64,000 bases of DNA, taken from assembly GCA_965223335.1 (NCBI GenBank), contig OZ244991.1, forward strand, positions 1,120,001-1,184,000, in the 5' to 3' direction. Numbering within the stretch: the first letter of the stretch is position 1; every line of letters starts with the position of its first letter. Under the pieces are notes generated by a model, which did no database searches, was not told the origin of the DNA, and worked only from the letters and a program-made list of their open reading frames with translations. This document shows, piece by piece, positions 59,849 to 64,000 of this stretch. Source of the stretch: Thermodesulfobacteriota bacterium. Lineage in GTDB: Bacteria > Desulfobacterota_D > UBA1144 > Nemesobacterales > UBA2774. Both the position numbers and the translations under genes were made by a program.

Positions 59849-60316
59849 CTAAACAGTTTCCTGCGAGCGGAGCATTTCCAGGTATTGGGGGGTAAGCATC
59901 TCATCAGCCAACAGCAAATGGCTCAGGTATTTTGCCCTGGGTTTAAGACCATCTTTTGTCATATCGGCATTAGCTATATATGTAACGCATTCGATCATAG
60001 CTTTTTCTGCTGTCTCGACTCTTACGGTCTCTTTGGTGTAATGCTCGGGGTAGCCCTCGAATCTATCGAGAGCCGCCAAACCCCCGGCGGTGACAAGATA
60101 CAGGATTCCCTCTACCCTACTATGCGGGGATTCTACGATATTCGCAGCACCACTGCCGGGGTAGCTGGCAGAAATCTTGTTAAAGCACAATGCATAACCG
60201 TCGAGCACTGCACTTTGCCGCAAACTAAACTCAACGGTCCTCTCCCGCATCCTCCCGGGGTTCATATTGGAACCGTATGCAAAGTAGTTAATCCAAGTGC
60301 TATCCGCGCTGGTCAT
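59849..60316 (-). CDS. Gamma-glutamylcyclotransferase family protein
   Basis: YFAYGSNM, VEGILY, LDRFEG..Y. Confidence 0.88.
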   Translation of the reverse strand: MTSADSTWINYFAYGSNMNPGRMRERTVEFSLRQSAVLDGYALCFNKISASYPGSGAANIVESPHSRVEGILYLVTAGGLAALDRFEGYPEHYTKETVRVETAEKAMIECVTYIANADMTKDGLKPRAKYLSHLLLADEMLTPQYLEMLRSQETV

Positions 60317-62040
60317 GGTAATGACTCAAAGGTCTGAATCTTGTAGAGGTTAGAGTAGATCTTTCGGTTAGACATAAGTTCTGTGTGGGTGCCAACCTCG
60401 ATGAGCTCGCCGTTATCAAAGACCGCAATCTCATCAAACCCTTTTATTGAGGGCACTCTGCTCGATACTGCTACTAGAGTGTTACCGTCCATCGTACTTA
60501 CCAGGTTCTTAAGTACCTTGGATTCGGTTTGGAGGTCAAGCGAGGATAACACGTCGTCTAGGATTAGAACCTTGGGCTGCATGAGTATGGCCCTTGCGAG
60601 TGCGATGCGTTGGCGCTGCCCTCCCGACAGGCTTAATCCCCGTTCTCCGACCATGGCGTCGAAACCACCTGGGAAATGCATGATCTCGTCATATATCTCG
60701 GTCAGTTTTGCTGCTTCTTCTATCTGGGCATCGGTAAGATTGGGGTTCATAAACGAGATATTATCACGTATGGTACCGCTAAATACTGTGGTCTCCTGCG
60801 GTACGTAAATCACCGATTCGCGCAGGCAATCCTTCTCGATCTCGGTTACGTCTTCGCCGTCAATAAAAATGGTGTTTGGGGGCGGCTCGTCTATTCTGGT
60901 GAGCAGTTTAAAGAGTGTGCTTTTCCCCGAACCCGTCGCACCCGTAATACCAAATGAGCTTGCTCTGGGTATGGCCAGCGATACATCGTTTAGTGCTCTG
61001 GTCCCGTTATAAGAATAGCTTAGCTCTTTTAGTTCTATGTTACCTACAATATCTATCCTCTTTGCCCCGGGCTCGTCCAGGTGTAGCGGCTCCACGCTAA
61101 GAATATTGTTTATTCTGTTTAGCGATGCATTGCCTCTTTTAATAATATCGACCGCCCAGCCCATCGCCATCATGGGCCAGGTGAGCATTGTCAGGTACAC
61201 GAGCACAGCGGCAAAATCACCGAGAGTGATATTATTGGTTATTGTGTTGATTCCACCGAGCCAAAGAAATATCGCGGTTGCGGTGCCCGCTGCGAATGTG
61301 ATAAGCGGCTGGTACACACCCCAGATACGGATGAGGTGAAGATTTTTGTCCAGATAGTCCCGACTCGCGTGAGTGAATTCCCGTGATTCCTTCCCCTCTC
61401 TCACATACGATTTAATTACCTTAATTCCCGAGATCGATTCCCTCGCATTCTCGGTCAGTTCAGAGAACGAGTCCTGTACCTTTTGGAACCTCTGCTCTAT
61501 CATGCGGCCAAACCTCATTATTACAAATGCTAAAATGGGAAACGGTATAAATGCGTATAGTGTGAGTTCGGGCGAAACATAGAGCATTGCCGCGAAAATA
61601 AAGATCAACAGAAACACACCATCATAAGCTATCAGTACCCCAAGTCCGCTTGCGAACTTTAACGTCTCGATATCGTTTACGGTGTGGGCCATCAGGTCCC
61701 CCACCTTTTTCTGGGAATAAAAGTCGAGGTGGAGGTTCTGGAGATGCTCAAAAAACTCGTTTCTGGTAGACTGCTCGATTTTTCGTGCCGAGCCCATGAT
61801 AAAAAATCTCCAAAAAAACCTAAACACCGCCATTATTACTGCAAGGCCCAGCATATAGAGACCGTAACGGGTTAAGTCGTTCACCTTCGCATCTTCCAGT
61901 GTGAGCGTATCGATCACTCGTTCAATGATCAGAGGAATGGACAACTGACAGAGATCAACTACCGTGAGCGCGGCAAGCCCGGCGATAAATGAGTATTTAT
62001 ATTTAATAAGCAGCGAGAACAGAGTTTTCTTCTTTTTCAT
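60313..62040 (-). CDS. ABC exporter half-transporter (MdlA-like, TMD+NBD)
   Basis: TMD followed by GATGSGKST, YVPQE, LSGGQRQR, ILDDVLSSLD. Confidence 0.92.
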   Translation of the reverse strand: MKKKKTLFSLLIKYKYSFIAGLAALTVVDLCQLSIPLIIERVIDTLTLEDAKVNDLTRYGLYMLGLAVIMAVFRFFWRFFIMGSARKIEQSTRNEFFEHLQNLHLDFYSQKKVGDLMAHTVNDIETLKFASGLGVLIAYDGVFLLIFIFAAMLYVSPELTLYAFIPFPILAFVIMRFGRMIEQRFQKVQDSFSELTENARESISGIKVIKSYVREGKESREFTHASRDYLDKNLHLIRIWGVYQPLITFAAGTATAIFLWLGGINTITNNITLGDFAAVLVYLTMLTWPMMAMGWAVDIIKRGNASLNRINNILSVEPLHLDEPGAKRIDIVGNIELKELSYSYNGTRALNDVSLAIPRASSFGITGATGSGKSTLFKLLTRIDEPPPNTIFIDGEDVTEIEKDCLRESVIYVPQETTVFSGTIRDNISFMNPNLTDAQIEEAAKLTEIYDEIMHFPGGFDAMVGERGLSLSGGQRQRIALARAILMQPKVLILDDVLSSLDLQTESKVLKNLVSTMDGNTLVAVSSRVPSIKGFDEIAVFDNGELIEVGTHTELMSNRKIYSNLYKIQTFESLP

Positions 62041-62194
62041 AGGGCTCGGGTCAGGTATTTGGATCTAATAAGAGTGCATATAGGGCGTTTCGATATTATA
62101 CCTGAACGTAACATTCGGTTTTCCCACGCTAAACGCACCGGTTGTTAAGATGACTGCAAGCGGGTTTATGATGCTTGGTTTTAATGTATGGGAA

Positions 62195-62226
62195 GGAAAA
62201 GGGGGCCATATTTATTTTATGACCCC
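62195..62226 (-). terminator. Intrinsic terminator of the cytochrome gene
   Basis: Minus strand GGGGTCATA-N7-TATGGCCCC then CTTTT, 13 nt after the stop. Confidence 0.6.
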
Positions 62227-62238
62227 TACAATAACTGA

Positions 62239-62886
62239 CTATTCGGTGTTTATGGGCGAGGTCATTATATAGTCGTTTGCTTTGTTGGATGTGTGACAGT
62301 CAATGCATCCGGGCACCTTACCCACAAGCATTGTGGACTCACCGTCTGTCTCTGCACTCATGGGTTTTCCGTCCGGCGAGTATTTGGCCCAGAACCAGTT
62401 GTTGTTCCCTGGATCGTAGCCGGCTAGTTTATACATCACAGTGATGGCTGCGAGTGTTTTCTCGGGGGTGTAGTTCTCCTTTACGATTATTGACCCCGGG
62501 TCAAGCTCAGTACCTTCGCCCTCAAGCGATTTAAGCGCTATGTCGTTTAAATAGGTTGTGAGATATGAGCCGTGGGGGTGGGTACCTTTATATAGAGCCT
62601 CTTTACCCGGCCACATTTTCCAGCTCACGCGGTAATTCTCAGTCTGGATCAGATCCCAAAGCTCTGCTGCAATCTTAGGGGGTGCGTCCTCGGCCTGTTT
62701 TTGTTCTTGCCAACTGTGTATCTCCTCTGTCTTTTCTACGGGGTCCTCAACCATCTCTTGTGCCTCTTCCACGACTCTCTCGGTCGTAGTTTGCTCAGCA
62801 TCCGTGCTTTTATCTGCCCTTTCACACCCGGCGTATAAAAAGCAGCTAATCAGTATTACTGTGAGTAGGGAGTTTAAAATTCTCAT
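62239..62886 (-). CDS. Cytochrome P460/c'-beta family monoheme lipoprotein
   Basis: GGAGGG RBS, lipobox LYAGC, acidic linker, PGSIIVKENY, VMYK, NWFWAKY, C-terminal CIDCH. Confidence 0.82.
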   Translation of the reverse strand: MRILNSLLTVILISCFLYAGCERADKSTDAEQTTTERVVEEAQEMVEDPVEKTEEIHSWQEQKQAEDAPPKIAAELWDLIQTENYRVSWKMWPGKEALYKGTHPHGSYLTTYLNDIALKSLEGEGTELDPGSIIVKENYTPEKTLAAITVMYKLAGYDPGNNNWFWAKYSPDGKPMSAETDGESTMLVGKVPGCIDCHTSNKANDYIMTSPINTE

Positions 62887-63114
62887 CTTGCCCTCCATTT
62901 TTTTGGTCTCTAATTCTATCACCAGTCTGAATCATATCAAAAACCGATCTTAATTCCAACTGATACAGTTTTAAGACCGCTCCGAAGAACGCCGAGTCTA
63001 AAACTTGACTAGCTACGCTTAACATGACCGGGTTTTCGGTCCGGTTGCTGCTGGTTTCTGTTCTTGACAGTGTGTAGAATATATTAGAGAATTAACGGTC
63101 TGGAAATTGTTAGA

Positions 63115-63189
63115 GAGCGCGTAGCTCAGGGGGAGAGCGCTTGCTTGACACGCAAGAGGTCGCTGGTTCAAATCCTGCCGCGCTCACCA
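63115..63189 (+). tRNA. tRNA-Val(GAC)
   Basis: Acceptor GAGCGCG/CGCGCTC-A-CCA, D-arm GCTC/GAGC, anticodon arm CTTGC-TTGACAC-GCAAG, T-loop TTCAAAT; TTGACA at 63064 upstream. Confidence 0.97.
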
Positions 63190-63258
63190 CTTTTATTGAG
63201 TTATTTGTATGGGTTATCCCAGCTTTTTGCAAGCCCCAAAAAAGTTCACAAATCGAAA

Positions 63259-63277
63259 TTGTTACTATTTTGTTACT
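63259..63277. repeat. Short tandem direct repeat TTGTTACT x2 (possible integrase arm-type sites)
   Basis: TTGTTACT at 63259-63266 and 63270-63277 (11 bp period), ~70 bp after the tRNA 3' end. Confidence 0.45.
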
Positions 63278-63444
63278 CGTGTTTAGCCTGAGATTAACGT
63301 TTGGGCGTTAGATGCTCTCTTGTTATTGTGATTTCTTAGCTGTTGTTATCACGTTTGCCTTCCCATATGTACCAGCGGATAGCTCGCATTTTGACACGCT
63401 CCTACATTATTTATTGTTAGTTGCTTTTATGAATACGCCCATAT

Positions 63445-63897
63445 TTAACCCGGTTGACATTTTCGGATGAGGTATGAGATTGCATCTTTTATCTTTGCCG
63501 ATACCTCATCATATCCTTGATTGGTCGCAATTGGATCAGGATAAATCTGAGCCTGTCGATAGGGCCGCGCACTAGATCCTATCGTACAGTAAATAGATGA
63601 GCTCTCCCCGAAATGCAACACGATTTGAATTGTAAAAGAATACTCCGACTCAATAGATACAGACAAGGTTGAGATCAAGGGGCTGCTGACCACGTTTTCT
63701 TTTTCGTCAATAAGTATGACCTTGTATTCCTGTTCCTTTAGGTGTTCTGCAACTTCTTTCAGACATGGGCTTATACATTTTTGTACAAATTCATGTGCCT
63801 CTTTTTCGTTAGACAAGTGAGCGTATGCTGCATCCTTGCCGGTAAAACTCTTTATAGCATTGTCAATATCGATCTTCCATTGTGGTTTTTCTGACAT
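63445..63897 (-). CDS. Hypothetical protein
   Basis: 150 aa ORF with GAGGT RBS; no motif recognised. Confidence 0.62.
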   Translation of the reverse strand: MSEKPQWKIDIDNAIKSFTGKDAAYAHLSNEKEAHEFVQKCISPCLKEVAEHLKEQEYKVILIDEKENVVSSPLISTLSVSIESEYSFTIQIVLHFGESSSIYCTIGSSARPYRQAQIYPDPIATNQGYDEVSAKIKDAISYLIRKCQPG

Positions 63898-63939
63898 GCC
63901 TAGTTACCTCTTGCTTGTTTTTTCTGAACTCTACACTTG

Positions 63940-63973
63940 AAAAAAAGGGCACCAGAAACTACCGTCTGATACC
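63940..63973 (-). terminator. Probable intrinsic terminator upstream of the last ORF
   Basis: Minus strand GGTATCAGA-N8-TCTGGTGCC (with G-U pairs) followed by a T7 run. Confidence 0.5.
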
Positions 63974-64000
63974 GCCTGAGCCTGTATCTGGTTATGCAGG

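Noticed and set aside
98..61875. Many 60-220 aa ORFs antisense to or nested in recognised genes (e.g. 6324..6947-, 28732..29406-, 27111..27650-, 59452..59835+)
   Set aside because: Shadow frames of well-supported genes; no motifs or RBS support.
1..64000. CRISPR arrays, rRNA, IS elements, known riboswitches
   Set aside because: No regularly spaced repeats, rRNA-like sequence, transposase or recognisable aptamer seen by eye.

Overview
Bacterial chromosomal window, most likely a diderm of deltaproteobacterial/Desulfobacterota-like affinity (inferred from gene content only). It is mostly housekeeping genes: tmk-holB-metG, ilvD, coaBC, hup, dnaB, nuoE, htpX, purC, suhB, RND and ABC transporters, and tRNA-Val(GAC). 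No CRISPR array, rRNA, transposase or integrase gene is visible. Four things stand out. (1) A 16.5 kb tandem pair of type IV pilus tip operons (pilV-pilW-pilX-pilY1-fimT-like, twice). About 2.67 kb of minor-pilin DNA is almost identical between copies, while the two ~1,600 aa Cys-rich PilY1 adhesins are strongly diverged. One PilY1 keeps a complete vWA MIDAS motif and the other has lost it. Each copy has its own sigma54 promoter and a related palindrome exactly 110 bp upstream. (2) An ORF-less unit at ~58.4-58.65 kb with a 27 bp palindrome, a perfect IHF site, a sigma54 promoter and an intrinsic terminator, i.e. a candidate ~100 nt sigma54-dependent sRNA. (3) A full-length, uninterrupted FadI/FadJ-like pair with most catalytic and cofactor-binding residues substituted (candidate pseudoenzyme complex). 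(4) A probable integrative-element boundary just after tRNA-Val. All calls are by eye from motifs; no searches were run.
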